DNA of 64,000 nucleotides, taken from assembly GCA_050741515.1 (NCBI GenBank), contig JBOIFD010000414.1, positions 14,599-78,598 on the forward strand, written 5' to 3'. This DNA comes from Burkholderiales bacterium (GTDB taxonomy: Bacteria; Pseudomonadota; Gammaproteobacteria; Burkholderiales; SG8-39). Below, in pieces: positions 14,001 through 25,056 of the stretch (its first letter is position 1; the number at the start of each line of letters is the position of its first letter). A program made the position numbers and the translations under genes. The notes under the pieces were generated by a model. That model was not told the DNA's origin, did no database searches, and saw only the letters and a list, made by a program, of their open reading frames with translations.

Positions 14001-14530
14001 CCCTCGAGACGCTCGAGAACGCCATCCGCCGCATCGACCGCGAGACGCGCGAGATGCTGCGGCAGACGTTCGAGGACGCGAACCGCCACTTCGGCGCGCT
14101 CTTCCCCGAGCTCTTCGGCGGCGGCGAGGCGCGGCTGGAGATGACCGGCGAGGAGATTCTCGACGCCGGCATCGAGGTCCGGGCCCAGCCGCCGGGCAAG
14201 CGGACCGCCACCATTCATCTCCTCTCCGGCGGCGAGAAGGCGCTCACCGCGATCGCGCTCGTCTTCGCCCTGTTCCAGCTGAACCCCGCGCCCTTCTGCC
14301 TGCTCGACGAGGTCGACGCGCCGCTCGACGATACCAACACCGAGCGGTTCTGCAACCTCGTGCGGCGGATGGCCGAGGCGACCCAGTTCCTGTTCATCAC
14401 CCACAACAAGATCACCATGGAGCTCGCCGCGCAGCTGATCGGCGTCACGATGCCCGAGCAGGGGGTATCGCGCGTCGTCGCGGTGGACATCGAGGAGGCG
14501 CTCCGCATCCGGGAGGCGGCTGCCGCCTGA
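11012..14530 (+). CDS. smc: Chromosome segregation protein SMC
   Basis: 1172-aa ORF with a TTG start. It has Walker A [20 protein letters not shown], long E/A/R/L-rich coiled coils, the signature [13 protein letters not shown] and Walker B [12 protein letters not shown]. Confidence 0.95.
   Translation: [1172 protein letters not shown]
13471..13501. repeat. Perfect 9-bp inverted repeat TGAAATAAC-N13-GTTATTTCA inside the AT-rich island in smc
   Basis: Read directly from the sequence. The arms are 13471-13479 and 13493-13501. The 13-nt spacer contains the palindrome AGATCT. Confidence 0.8.
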
Positions 14531-14596
14531 ACGCGGCCCTGAAGGCGCGGGCGGGCGGCACCCTCTCGCGCGACTCGCACGAGGTAACGGCGCACC

Positions 14597-15709
14597 ATGA
14601 GTGATCTGCAGCTCGGCCTCCTCGCGATCGGTGTTGCGGTGGTGGTGGGCGTGATCGCCTATAACAAGTGGCAGGAAGCGAAGCTCAGGCGGCGCACCGA
14701 AGCGGCCTTCGGTACGCAGCCCGGCGATGCCCTGCTGCGCGGGACGCGGGCGGACGGCGAAGGAGATTCGCGTCCGCCCCCCGCAGCGTCGGCGCCGGGC
14801 CCGGTCACGCGCACGATCGAGCACCGGCTCGCCGACGACGGGGGCCTCCCGCAGCCACTCCGCGAACCGCCCACGGGACCATTGCCGGCGGCGACGCTGG
14901 ATCCCGAAGTCGACTACATCGTGGACCTCGCATGCGCGCGCGCGGCTGCCGGGGCCGAGGTTTCGACTCATGCCCAGGCGATGGTCGACGAGGCGCTGAT
15001 CAGGCCGGTCCACTGGGAAGGCTACGACGACGCGCGCTCGGTCTGGCGACCGGTCAGCGCGGAGGCGCGATATCTTCGCCTGCGGGTGGGGCTGCAACTC
15101 GCCAACCGCACCGGCGCGGTCACCGAGGACGATCTCCTTCCGTTCTGCGGGGCAGTCCAGGAGGTCGCGCTCGCCCTGGCGGCCGAGGCCGACTTCCCCG
15201 ATACCGACGCCGCGCTCGCGCGCGCCGCCGCGCTGGATCGGTTCTGCACCGACGTGGATCTGCAGATCGGGCTCAGCGTCATCGGCAGCGAATCGCACCC
15301 GTTCTCCGGCAGCAAGATCCGGGCGCTCGCCGAGAGCGCGGGACTCGCGATCGGGCGCGACGGACGGTTCCATCGCGCCGGCGAGGACGGCACGGAGCTC
15401 TTTTCGCTCGCCAACCTCGAGCCGATGCCGTTTCACCCCGAGACGATCAAGACGCTGCAGACGCGCGGGATCACCGTGCTGTTCGACGTGCCGCGCGTGC
15501 CGCCCAGCGCCGCGGCGTTCCGCCGTTTCATCGATTTCGCGCACCAGCTCGAGCAGGCGCTCGGCGGAGTGCTGGTGGACGACAACCGGAAACCGATCGG
15601 GCAGGCCGCGCTCGAGGCGATCGGCCAGCAGCTCGAGCGCATCCACCAGACGATGCAGGCGCGCGGGATCCCCGCCGGCGGACCGGTTGCGCTCCGGCTC
15701 TTCGGCTAG
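14597..15709 (+). CDS. zipA: Cell division protein ZipA
   Basis: 370-aa ORF with an N-terminal transmembrane helix (LLAIGVAVVVGVIAYNKW), a charged and Pro/Ala-rich linker, and a C-terminal globular domain ending GGPVALRLFG. The smc-zipA-ligA order is conserved synteny. Confidence 0.8.
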   Translation: MSDLQLGLLAIGVAVVVGVIAYNKWQEAKLRRRTEAAFGTQPGDALLRGTRADGEGDSRPPPAASAPGPVTRTIEHRLADDGGLPQPLREPPTGPLPAATLDPEVDYIVDLACARAAAGAEVSTHAQAMVDEALIRPVHWEGYDDARSVWRPVSAEARYLRLRVGLQLANRTGAVTEDDLLPFCGAVQEVALALAAEADFPDTDAALARAAALDRFCTDVDLQIGLSVIGSESHPFSGSKIRALAESAGLAIGRDGRFHRAGEDGTELFSLANLEPMPFHPETIKTLQTRGITVLFDVPRVPPSAAAFRRFIDFAHQLEQALGGVLVDDNRKPIGQAALEAIGQQLERIHQTMQARGIPAGGPVALRLFG

Positions 15710-17725
<2,016 letters not shown>

Positions 17726-17732
17726 GGGTGGC

Positions 17733-18608
17733 ATGCGCGCGATGACCAAAGCGGTGTTTCCGGTCGCGGGCTTCGGCAGCCGGTTTCTTCCGGCGACCAA
17801 GGCGAGCCCGAAAGAGATGATGCCGGTGGTGGACAAGCCGCTGATCCAGTACGCGGTCGAGGAGGCGGTGGCCGCGGGCCTGACCGAGATGATCTTCATC
17901 ACCGGCCGCCACAAGCGCGCGATCGAGGACCATTTCGACCGGGCGTACGAGATCGAGAACGAGCTCGCGAGCCGCGGCAAGCGCGAGCTGCTCGAGCTCG
18001 TGCAGGGGATCCTGCCGAGCAGCGTGCACTGCATCTACATCCGCCAGCCCGACCCGTTCGGCCTGGGTCACGCGGTGCTGTGCGCGAAGCCGGTGATCAA
18101 CGACGAGCCGTTCGCGGTGATCCTCGCCGACGATCTGATCGACGCCGCGCCGCCGGTGACGAGGCAGATGGCCGAAGTGTTCGCGCGCGAGGGGCGATCG
18201 GTGCTCGGGGTCCTGGAAGTTCCTCGCGATCAGACCGCGAGCTACGGCATCGTAAAAACGTCCCGGGTCGACGAGCGCCTGGAGTCGGTCGAGGCGATCG
18301 TCGAGAAGCCGCGCCCGGAGGTCGCGCCGTCCAACCTCGCGGTGATCGGGCGCTACGTGCTCACCCCGCGGATCTTCGCCCACCTCGAACGGGCAACCCC
18401 GGGCGCGGGCGGCGAGATCCAGCTCACCGATGGGATCGCCTCGCTCCTCCAGGAGGAGCGCGTGCTCGCCTACCGGTTCCGCGGAGCTCGCTACGACTGC
18501 GGGTCGAAGCTCGGCTACCTCCAGGCGACGGTGGCGTTCGGCCGCAGGCATCCCGAGGTCGGCGCGTCGTTCAGCGCCTGGCTCACCGCCACCCAGCAGC
18601 GGGACTGA
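17733..18608 (+). CDS. galU: UTP--glucose-1-phosphate uridylyltransferase
   Basis: 291-aa [43 protein letters not shown] is the classic GalU N-terminus. Confidence 0.93.
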   Translation: MRAMTKAVFPVAGFGSRFLPATKASPKEMMPVVDKPLIQYAVEEAVAAGLTEMIFITGRHKRAIEDHFDRAYEIENELASRGKRELLELVQGILPSSVHCIYIRQPDPFGLGHAVLCAKPVINDEPFAVILADDLIDAAPPVTRQMAEVFAREGRSVLGVLEVPRDQTASYGIVKTSRVDERLESVEAIVEKPRPEVAPSNLAVIGRYVLTPRIFAHLERATPGAGGEIQLTDGIASLLQEERVLAYRFRGARYDCGSKLGYLQATVAFGRRHPEVGASFSAWLTATQQRD

Positions 18609-18677
18609 TCGGCGCTGTCCGCACCGCCATCGGATATGGTAATTTGTCTAGTGTTCTCTACCATTTGCCGCTGAGCG

Positions 18678-19223
18678 ATGCTCACTGCAGCACAGGCGTG
18701 GAAGATGCTCGACGAGGCCGACCTCGTCTGCCCCGCCGCCGAGGTCGACCACGCGATCGAGCAGGTGGCGGGCGCCATCACCGCCGAGTTCCGCGACCGG
18801 TACCCGCTCGTCTTGTGCGTCATGAACGGCGCGCTGTTCTTCTGCGCACGGCTGCTGCCCCTGCTGCGTTTCCCGCTCCACCTCGACTACGTTCACGCCT
18901 CCCGGTACGGCGACGGGATCGACGGTCGCCAGGTCCACTGGCGGGTCGAGCCGGGCGACGCGGTGCGGGCGCGACACGTGCTGGTCGTCGACGACATCCT
19001 CGACGCGGGCGACACGCTCGCCACCATCAAGGCGAAGGTGCTCGAGCGCGGCGCCGCTTCGTGCAAGGTCGCCGTGCTCACCGACAAGATCAAGCCGGAC
19101 CGCAAGCCGATCACGCCGGATTTCCTCGGCCTGCGGATCCCGGACCGGTTCGTGTTCGGGTGCGGCCTCGACGCCCACGGCCTGTGGCGGAACCTGCCGG
19201 CCATCTACGCGCTGAAGCAGTGA
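18678..19223 (+). CDS. hpt: Hypoxanthine-guanine phosphoribosyltransferase
   Basis: 181-aa ORF with the PRPP-binding motif [14 protein letters not shown]. Overall length and sequence are like 6-oxopurine PRTases. Confidence 0.85.
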   Translation: MLTAAQAWKMLDEADLVCPAAEVDHAIEQVAGAITAEFRDRYPLVLCVMNGALFFCARLLPLLRFPLHLDYVHASRYGDGIDGRQVHWRVEPGDAVRARHVLVVDDILDAGDTLATIKAKVLERGAASCKVAVLTDKIKPDRKPITPDFLGLRIPDRFVFGCGLDAHGLWRNLPAIYALKQ

Positions 19224-19963
19224 TGCTGGCGATCATCGGGGGCAGCGGGCTGACGCAGCTCGCGAGTCTGGAGGTCACGTTCCGAAAGGCGGCCCGCACC
19301 CCTTACGGCGAACCGTCCGGCGCGCTCACCTTCGGCAAGCTCCGCGGCCGCGAGGTGGCGTTCCTCGCGCGACACGGCTACGGGCACACGATCCCGCCGC
19401 ACGAGGTCAACTACCGGGCGAACATCTGGGCGCTTCGCGAGGAGGGCGCGACCGAGATCGTATCGGTCGCCTCCGTCGGCGGGATCCGGGCCGACCTCGG
19501 TCCGGGCACGCTCGTCGTCCCGCACCAGCTCATCGACTACACGTGGGGCCGGCGGTCGACGTTCTTCGAGGGCGGCGACGTGCCGGTATCCCACGTCGAC
19601 TTCACCGCGCCGTACTCCGAGCCGCTGCGGCAGAAGCTCCTCGCCGCGGCGCGGGCGTGCGGCGAACCGGTTCTGGACGGCGCGGTGTACGCGGCGACCC
19701 AGGGGCCGCGCCTGGAAACCGCCGCCGAGATCGACCGCCTCGAGCGCGACGGCGCGGACGTGGTCGGCATGACCGGGATGCCCGAAGCGGCGCTCGCGCG
19801 CGAGCTCGATCTCCCGTACGCGGCGATCGCGGTCGTCGTCAATCACGCCGCCGGAAGAGGCGAGAGCCGCACCGGCATCCGTCTCGAGCGCATCGAGCAG
19901 ATGCTGCACGCGACGATCGGGCGCGCGCGGCGAATCGTCGAGGAAATGGTCGCGCCGGGATGA
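19223..19963 (+). CDS. mtnP: S-methyl-5'-thioadenosine / 5'-methylthioinosine phosphorylase (MTAP family)
   Basis: Only the last 246 aa of ORF 18080..19963 look real: [13 protein letters not shown]...[27 protein letters not shown]...[17 protein letters not shown]. The ATG overlaps the hpt stop (TGATG). I cannot decide the MTA versus MTI substrate from the sequence. Confidence 0.82.
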   Translation: MLAIIGGSGLTQLASLEVTFRKAARTPYGEPSGALTFGKLRGREVAFLARHGYGHTIPPHEVNYRANIWALREEGATEIVSVASVGGIRADLGPGTLVVPHQLIDYTWGRRSTFFEGGDVPVSHVDFTAPYSEPLRQKLLAAARACGEPVLDGAVYAATQGPRLETAAEIDRLERDGADVVGMTGMPEAALARELDLPYAAIAVVVNHAAGRGESRTGIRLERIEQMLHATIGRARRIVEEMVAPG

Positions 19964-20490
19964 TCAGGGACGTGCTCAAGCTGGGCGATCCGCGCCTGCT
20001 CGAGAAGGCACGGCCGGTCACCGCCTTCGGCACCCCCGAGCTCGAGGCCCTGCTTGCGGACATGCGGGACACGATGGCCCATCTCGACGGCGCGGGCCTC
20101 GCCGCCCCGCAGATCGGCGTGGGCCTGAGAGTGGTGATGTTCGGCGTGCACCGCAATCCGCGCTATCCGGACGCGGAGGAGGTCCCGGACACGGTGCTGA
20201 TCAATCCGGTGCTCGAGCCGCTCGGCGACGAGCTGGTCGAGGGCTGGGAAGGGTGCCTGTCGGTGCCCGGGATGCGCGGGCTCGTGCCCCGCTTGCGGCG
20301 GCTGCGCTACCGCGGCTGCGACGCGACCGGCGCCCCGATCGACCGGACCGTCGAGGGTTTCCACGCGGTGGTCGTGCAGCACGAAGTCGATCACCTGGAG
20401 GGGATCCTCTATCCGATGCGGATCCGCGACCTGACGAAGTTCGGGTTCACCGAAGCGCTGTTCCCCGGCGAGAACGTCCGCGCCGACTAG
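19960..20490 (+). CDS. def: Peptide deformylase
   Basis: The ATG at 19960 overlaps the mtnP stop (ATGA). All three deformylase motifs are present: [18 protein letters not shown] and QHEVDHLEG. Confidence 0.9.
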   Translation: MIRDVLKLGDPRLLEKARPVTAFGTPELEALLADMRDTMAHLDGAGLAAPQIGVGLRVVMFGVHRNPRYPDAEEVPDTVLINPVLEPLGDELVEGWEGCLSVPGMRGLVPRLRRLRYRGCDATGAPIDRTVEGFHAVVVQHEVDHLEGILYPMRIRDLTKFGFTEALFPGENVRAD

Positions 20491-20491
20491 C

Positions 20492-23074
20492 TTACTGCAG
20501 CGCGGTCAGCAGGTCCTGCTCCAGCTGCAGCACGCGCTTCGGACTGCCAAGCGCATCGCCGCTCACCACGAAGACGTCCTCCGCCCGCTCCCCGAGGGTC
20601 ACGATCTTCGCGGTGTGCAGGTCGACGAAGTACTGGCTGAACACCCGCGCGATCGAGTAGAGCAGGCCGGGCCGATCGCCGGCGGTGATGGAGACGAGGT
20701 GATACTGGCCTTTTTCGTCGGGCCGGATGTGCACCTCGGGCGTGATCGGGAAGTGCTTGAGCTGGCGCGAGACGCGGCCGCGGGTCGGCGCCGCGAGCGG
20801 CGCGTGCCGTGCGACGCGGTCGGCGAGCTCGTGCTCGATCAGGCTGAGCATCTCGCGGTAGTGGTGCGACTTGCCGGCGCCGAGCACGAGGAAGGTGTCG
20901 AGCGCGTAACCGTGGCGCGTGGTGTGGATCTTGGCGTCGACGATCGAGGTGCTGATCGACTCGAAGTAGCCGCAGATCCGGGCGAAGAGGTCGCGCTCGT
21001 CGCGGGCGTAGATCATGACCTGGAGACCCTCGCCGATCGGCGACAGCCGCGCCTTGACGACCGGCGTGTCGGTGTCGACCCGGTAGTGGAGCATGCGCGT
21101 CTGCCAGGCGATCTCCTGCGGCTCGTGCCGCAGGAAGTACGCGACGTCGAGCTCGCGCCATAGCGCTTCGCCGGCGTGCTCCGACAGGGCGTACAGGCGC
21201 ATGAGCCGGACCGCCTCGGCCTGCTTCGCCTGGACGTCCCGATCGTAGCCGACCGCATCGCCCCTGAGTACCCGGCGCGTCAGCCGGAAGAGATCCTCGA
21301 GGAGCTTGCCCTTCCACGCGTTCCACACCTTCGGGCTGGTACCGCGGACGTCGGCGACCGTGAGCAGGTAGAGCGCGACCAGGCGGCGCTCGTTCCTGGC
21401 CGCCGCGGCGAAGCCGTGGATCACGTCGGGATCCGAAAGATCCTTCTTCTGCGCCACCGACGACATGGTCAGGTGATGCTCGACGAGGAACTCCACCAGC
21501 GCGATGTCGTCCTCGGCCAGGCCGTGGGCGCGGCCGAAGCGCCGCGCGTCGATCCGGCCGAGGTGGGAGTGATCGCCGCCGCGGCCCTTGGCGATGTCGT
21601 GGAACATCGCCGCGATGTACAACAGCCAGTAGCGGTCGAAGCTCGCGGCCAGCCGGCTGCAGAGCGGATACTCGTGCGCGAACTCGACCATCGTGAACCG
21701 CCGCAGGTTGCGCACGACCATGAGCATGTGCTGATCCACGGTGTAGACGTGGAAGAGATCGTGCTGCATCTGGCCGACGATCTTGCCGAAGGTCGGCAGG
21801 TAGCGGCCGAGGATGCCGTACTGGTTCATGCGCCGCAGCTCGTGCACCACGCCGCGCGGCTGCTGCAGGGTGGCGAGGAACGTCGCGCGATTCGCCGGAT
21901 CGCGGCGGAATCGTCCGTCGATCCGGTAGCGCGCGCGCCACAGCGCCCGCAGCGTGGGTGCGGTCATGCCCTTCAGCTCGGCGTGCTGTTGCAGCAGCAG
22001 GAAGCTCTCCAGGATCGCCCGGGGCTCCTGCTCGAAGACCGCGGGATCCCGGGCGTCGAGCAGCTCCCGCACTGCCTGGAAGCGCTCGTTGATCGGTTCC
22101 GGCGGCGCGTCGAAGGCGGGAAAGATCGCCGCCCCGAGGTTCTGCAGCAGGATCGTGTTGAGCTGCGTCACCGCCTTGGCGGTGCGGAAGTACCGCTGCA
22201 TGAACACTTCACTCGCTCGCTTGGTCGGCGTCGCGGCGAAGCCGAACGTCCGGGCGAGCGCGTCCTGGTAGTCGAAGAGGACCCGGTCCTCCCGCCGCTG
22301 CGCCAGCAGGTGGAGCTGGACCCGAACGCGAGCGAGCCAGTCCGCATGGCGGCGCAGCTGCACCGCCTCCTCGCGCGTGACCAGTCCGCGCGCCGCAAGC
22401 GCCCTCCAGTCCCGCGCGAGCCCGCTTGCGCGGCTCACCCAGAGGATGACCTGGAGGTCCCGCAGGCCCCCGGGCGCGTCCTTCAGGTTGGGCTCGAGAC
22501 TGTAGGGACTGTCCTGGTACTTCGCATGCCGCTGCTCCTGCTCGAGGCGCTTGGCCTTGAAGAACGCCTGCGCATCGAAGCTCCGGTGGAGTCGATCGTG
22601 GAGCGAACGGAACAGGGCGCGGCTTCCGGCGATGAGCCTGGCCTCCAGGAGCGACGTCTGGACGGTGACGTCCTTGGCGGATTCCTCGCGGCACTGCTCG
22701 ACCGTGCGCACGCTGTGGCCGAGCTCGATCCCGATGTCCCAGAGCCGCCCGACGAACCGCTCGACGCCGGCCTCCCCGCTCCGGTCGAGCGTGGCCGGCA
22801 GCAGCAGCAGGATGTCGACGTCGGAGTGCGGATAGAGCTCGCCGCGGCCGAAACCGCCCACCGCGACGAGCGCCAGGCTGCGGGGAAGGCCGGCGCCCCG
22901 CCAGAGCTCGCGGAGCGCGGCATCCACGAGCTGGCGGTGCCGCCGCAGGAGCCCGGCGGCGTCGGAAGCGACCGCGGGCGCGTGCCACAAGGCCGCCCGC
23001 CCCTGGGCCAGCCGCTGTCGGAGCTCGACGACGCGGCCCGGCGTCTCGATGCGACGGGCCGGGACCGAGGCCAC
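20492..23074 (-). CDS. glnD: Bifunctional [protein-PII] uridylyltransferase / uridylyl-removing enzyme
   Basis: 860-aa ORF with the nucleotidyltransferase motif GGFGRGELYPHSDVDILLL, the HD domain MFHDIAKGRGGDHS and two C-terminal ACT-like repeats. Confidence 0.93.
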   Translation of the reverse strand: MASVPARRIETPGRVVELRQRLAQGRAALWHAPAVASDAAGLLRRHRQLVDAALRELWRGAGLPRSLALVAVGGFGRGELYPHSDVDILLLLPATLDRSGEAGVERFVGRLWDIGIELGHSVRTVEQCREESAKDVTVQTSLLEARLIAGSRALFRSLHDRLHRSFDAQAFFKAKRLEQEQRHAKYQDSPYSLEPNLKDAPGGLRDLQVILWVSRASGLARDWRALAARGLVTREEAVQLRRHADWLARVRVQLHLLAQRREDRVLFDYQDALARTFGFAATPTKRASEVFMQRYFRTAKAVTQLNTILLQNLGAAIFPAFDAPPEPINERFQAVRELLDARDPAVFEQEPRAILESFLLLQQHAELKGMTAPTLRALWRARYRIDGRFRRDPANRATFLATLQQPRGVVHELRRMNQYGILGRYLPTFGKIVGQMQHDLFHVYTVDQHMLMVVRNLRRFTMVEFAHEYPLCSRLAASFDRYWLLYIAAMFHDIAKGRGGDHSHLGRIDARRFGRAHGLAEDDIALVEFLVEHHLTMSSVAQKKDLSDPDVIHGFAAAARNERRLVALYLLTVADVRGTSPKVWNAWKGKLLEDLFRLTRRVLRGDAVGYDRDVQAKQAEAVRLMRLYALSEHAGEALWRELDVAYFLRHEPQEIAWQTRMLHYRVDTDTPVVKARLSPIGEGLQVMIYARDERDLFARICGYFESISTSIVDAKIHTTRHGYALDTFLVLGAGKSHHYREMLSLIEHELADRVARHAPLAAPTRGRVSRQLKHFPITPEVHIRPDEKGQYHLVSITAGDRPGLLYSIARVFSQYFVDLHTAKIVTLGERAEDVFVVSGDALGSPKRVLQLEQDLLTALQ

Positions 23075-23084
23075 GCCGACCCGC

Positions 23085-23891
23085 CTACGCCGCCTTGAGC
23101 GAGTGGGGCATCGGCGGCGCGCCGGCCGACAGCGTGAGCACCTCGTAACCGGTATCGGTGACGAGTACCGTGTGTTCCCACTGCGCCGAGAGGCTGTGAT
23201 CCTTGGTGACGATGGTCCAGCCGTCGGCGAGCTCGCGAATCGCCGCCCGTCCGGCGTTGATCATCGGCTCGACGGTGAAGATCATGCCGGGCTGCAGCTG
23301 CAGGCCGGTTCCGGCCCGGCCGTAGTGCAGCACTTGCGGCTCCTCGTGAAACCTGCGGCCGATGCCGTGCCCGCAGAATTCGCGCACCACGCTGTAGCCA
23401 TGGCGCTCCGCGTGTCGCTGGATCGCCGCGCCGATGTCACCGAGGAACGCGCCGGGCCGGACCGCGAGGATGCCGAGCCACATGCACTCGTAGGTGATCT
23501 CGCACAGGCGCCGGGCCTGGATCGAAGGGTCCCCGACGCAGAACATCCGGCTCGTATCCCCGTGGAAGCCGTCGCGGATCACGGTGACGTCGACGTTCAT
23601 GATGTCGCCGGCCTTCAGCACCCGGTCGCCGGGCACGCCGTGGCAGACCTGGTGATTGACGGACGTGCAGATCGACTTGGGGAACGGCGGGTAACCGGGC
23701 GGCGCGTAGTTGAGCGGCGCCGGAACGGTGTGCTGCACGTTCACCATGAACTCGTGGCACCGGCGGTCGAGCTCGTCGGTCGTGAGGCCCGGCCGGACCT
23801 GCGCGGCGACGAAATCGAGGACTTCGGCGGCGAGCCGTCCGGCGACCCGCATCCGCTCGATCTCTTCTGCGCTCTTCAGGGCGACGGTCAT
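23085..23891 (-). CDS. map: Type I methionine aminopeptidase
   Basis: 268-aa ORF with CHGVPGDRVLKAGDIMNVDVTV, FCGHGIGRRFHEEP and SAQWEHTVLVT, the metal-ligand motifs of MetAP1. Confidence 0.95.
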   Translation of the reverse strand: MTVALKSAEEIERMRVAGRLAAEVLDFVAAQVRPGLTTDELDRRCHEFMVNVQHTVPAPLNYAPPGYPPFPKSICTSVNHQVCHGVPGDRVLKAGDIMNVDVTVIRDGFHGDTSRMFCVGDPSIQARRLCEITYECMWLGILAVRPGAFLGDIGAAIQRHAERHGYSVVREFCGHGIGRRFHEEPQVLHYGRAGTGLQLQPGMIFTVEPMINAGRAAIRELADGWTIVTKDHSLSAQWEHTVLVTDTGYEVLTLSAGAPPMPHSLKAA

Positions 23892-24039
23892 TCGGGCCGA
23901 CTGAAAAAAGCCGTGAGGATAGTGGAACCCCCTGGGCGAGGCAAACCGCGGACGGGGTGTCCGAGCGGGTGGCAGGGGCGCCGCGCGAGGGCGCTTAGTT
24001 CGCTGTTTGACAAGACAATTCTTGAGCCGCTTGAGATGC

Positions 24040-24239
24040 CCGTGCTAAACTTCATGATTATCCTGCACGGGACCCGCGCACGTTGCCACGGGGCCTGCAG
24101 GGTGGGCGTGCTTCGCCGCGGCGGATTTCACCCGGTGGAGGCGCGCCCCAATTTCGCGCTCGCCCGGTTGGGGTGCCCCGCACGCGGGGTTGATTGTGGG
24201 CCGAGCGTCAGTGATCAACCCTGATACGGAGCAAATTGC
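24040..24239 (+). promoter_or_regulatory. Putative rpsB promoter and structured 5' leader
   Basis: Candidate -35 TTGAGC and -10 TAAACT lie around 24022-24051. Downstream are GC hairpins: CCCCG-CACG-CGGGG at 24176-24189, and GGGTTGAT (24187-24194) pairing with ATCAACCC (24214-24221). A GGAG Shine-Dalgarno sits about 8 nt before the ATG at 24240. S2 autoregulation through the leader is established in E. coli. Applying it here is inference. Confidence 0.4.
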
Positions 24240-24986
24240 ATGAGCACCACGATGCGCCAGATGCTGGAGGCCGGCGTCCACTTCGGCCACCAGACCCGCT
24301 ACTGGAACCCGAAGATGGCGCCGTTCATCTTCGGTCACCGCAACAAGATCCACATCATCAATCTCGAGCAGACGCTCGCGCTGTACAACGAGGCGGCGAA
24401 GTACGTTCGCAAGCTCGCCTCGAACAAGGGCGTGGTGCTGTTCGTCGGCACCAAGCGCCAGGCGCGCGAGATCCTGCGCGAGGAGGCGATCCGCTGCGCA
24501 ATGCCGTTCGTCGACCACCGCTGGCTCGGTGGGATGCTGACCAACTTCAAGACCGTGAAGCAGTCGATCAAGCGCCTCAAGGAGATGGAGGCGCAGGTCG
24601 CCGACGCCAGCGTCGAGCACCTGTCGAAGAAGGAGGCGTTGCACTTCCAGCGCGAGCTCGCGAAGCTCGAGCGGAGCCTCGGCGGCATCAAGACGATAGA
24701 CGGTCCGCCCGACGCGCTGTTCGTGATCGACGTCGGCTACCACAAGGGCGCCGTGGCCGAGGCGAAGAAGCTCAACATCCCGATCGTGGCCGTGGTCGAC
24801 ACCAATCACTCGCCCGACGGCATTGCGTACGTCATCCCGGGCAACGACGACTCGAGCCGCGCGATCCGGCTCTACGCCCGCGGCATCGCCGACGCCATCC
24901 TCGAGGGGCGCAACCAGTCCATCCAGGAGATCGTCGCGGCCTCGGCCGACGAGTTCGTCGAGGTCGAGGAGGCGGGCGGAGCGTGA
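24240..24986 (+). CDS. rpsB: 30S ribosomal protein S2
   Basis: 248-aa ORF starting [32 protein letters not shown]. Confidence 0.97.
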   Translation: MSTTMRQMLEAGVHFGHQTRYWNPKMAPFIFGHRNKIHIINLEQTLALYNEAAKYVRKLASNKGVVLFVGTKRQAREILREEAIRCAMPFVDHRWLGGMLTNFKTVKQSIKRLKEMEAQVADASVEHLSKKEALHFQRELAKLERSLGGIKTIDGPPDALFVIDVGYHKGAVAEAKKLNIPIVAVVDTNHSPDGIAYVIPGNDDSSRAIRLYARGIADAILEGRNQSIQEIVAASADEFVEVEEAGGA

Positions 24987-25013
24987 GGCGCCCGGTCGAA
25001 GGCCAGCCGCGAA

Positions 25014-25035
25014 GGGGGGCACGCCCCCCTTTTTT
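25014..25035 (+). terminator. Rho-independent terminator/attenuator between rpsB and tsf
   Basis: The stem is GGGGGG (25014-25019) pairing with CCCCCC (25024-25029), with loop CACG, followed by TTTTTT (25030-25035). It lies 28 nt after the rpsB stop and 22 nt before the tsf ATG. Confidence 0.75.
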
Positions 25036-25056
25036 CACGATCAGCAGGAGCGAAAC

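Noticed and set aside
18080-19222. Upstream 380 codons of the 627-aa plus-strand ORF 18080..19963
   Set aside because: This part overlaps galU and hpt in another frame. Only the final 246 codons, from ATG 19223, match the MTAP family.
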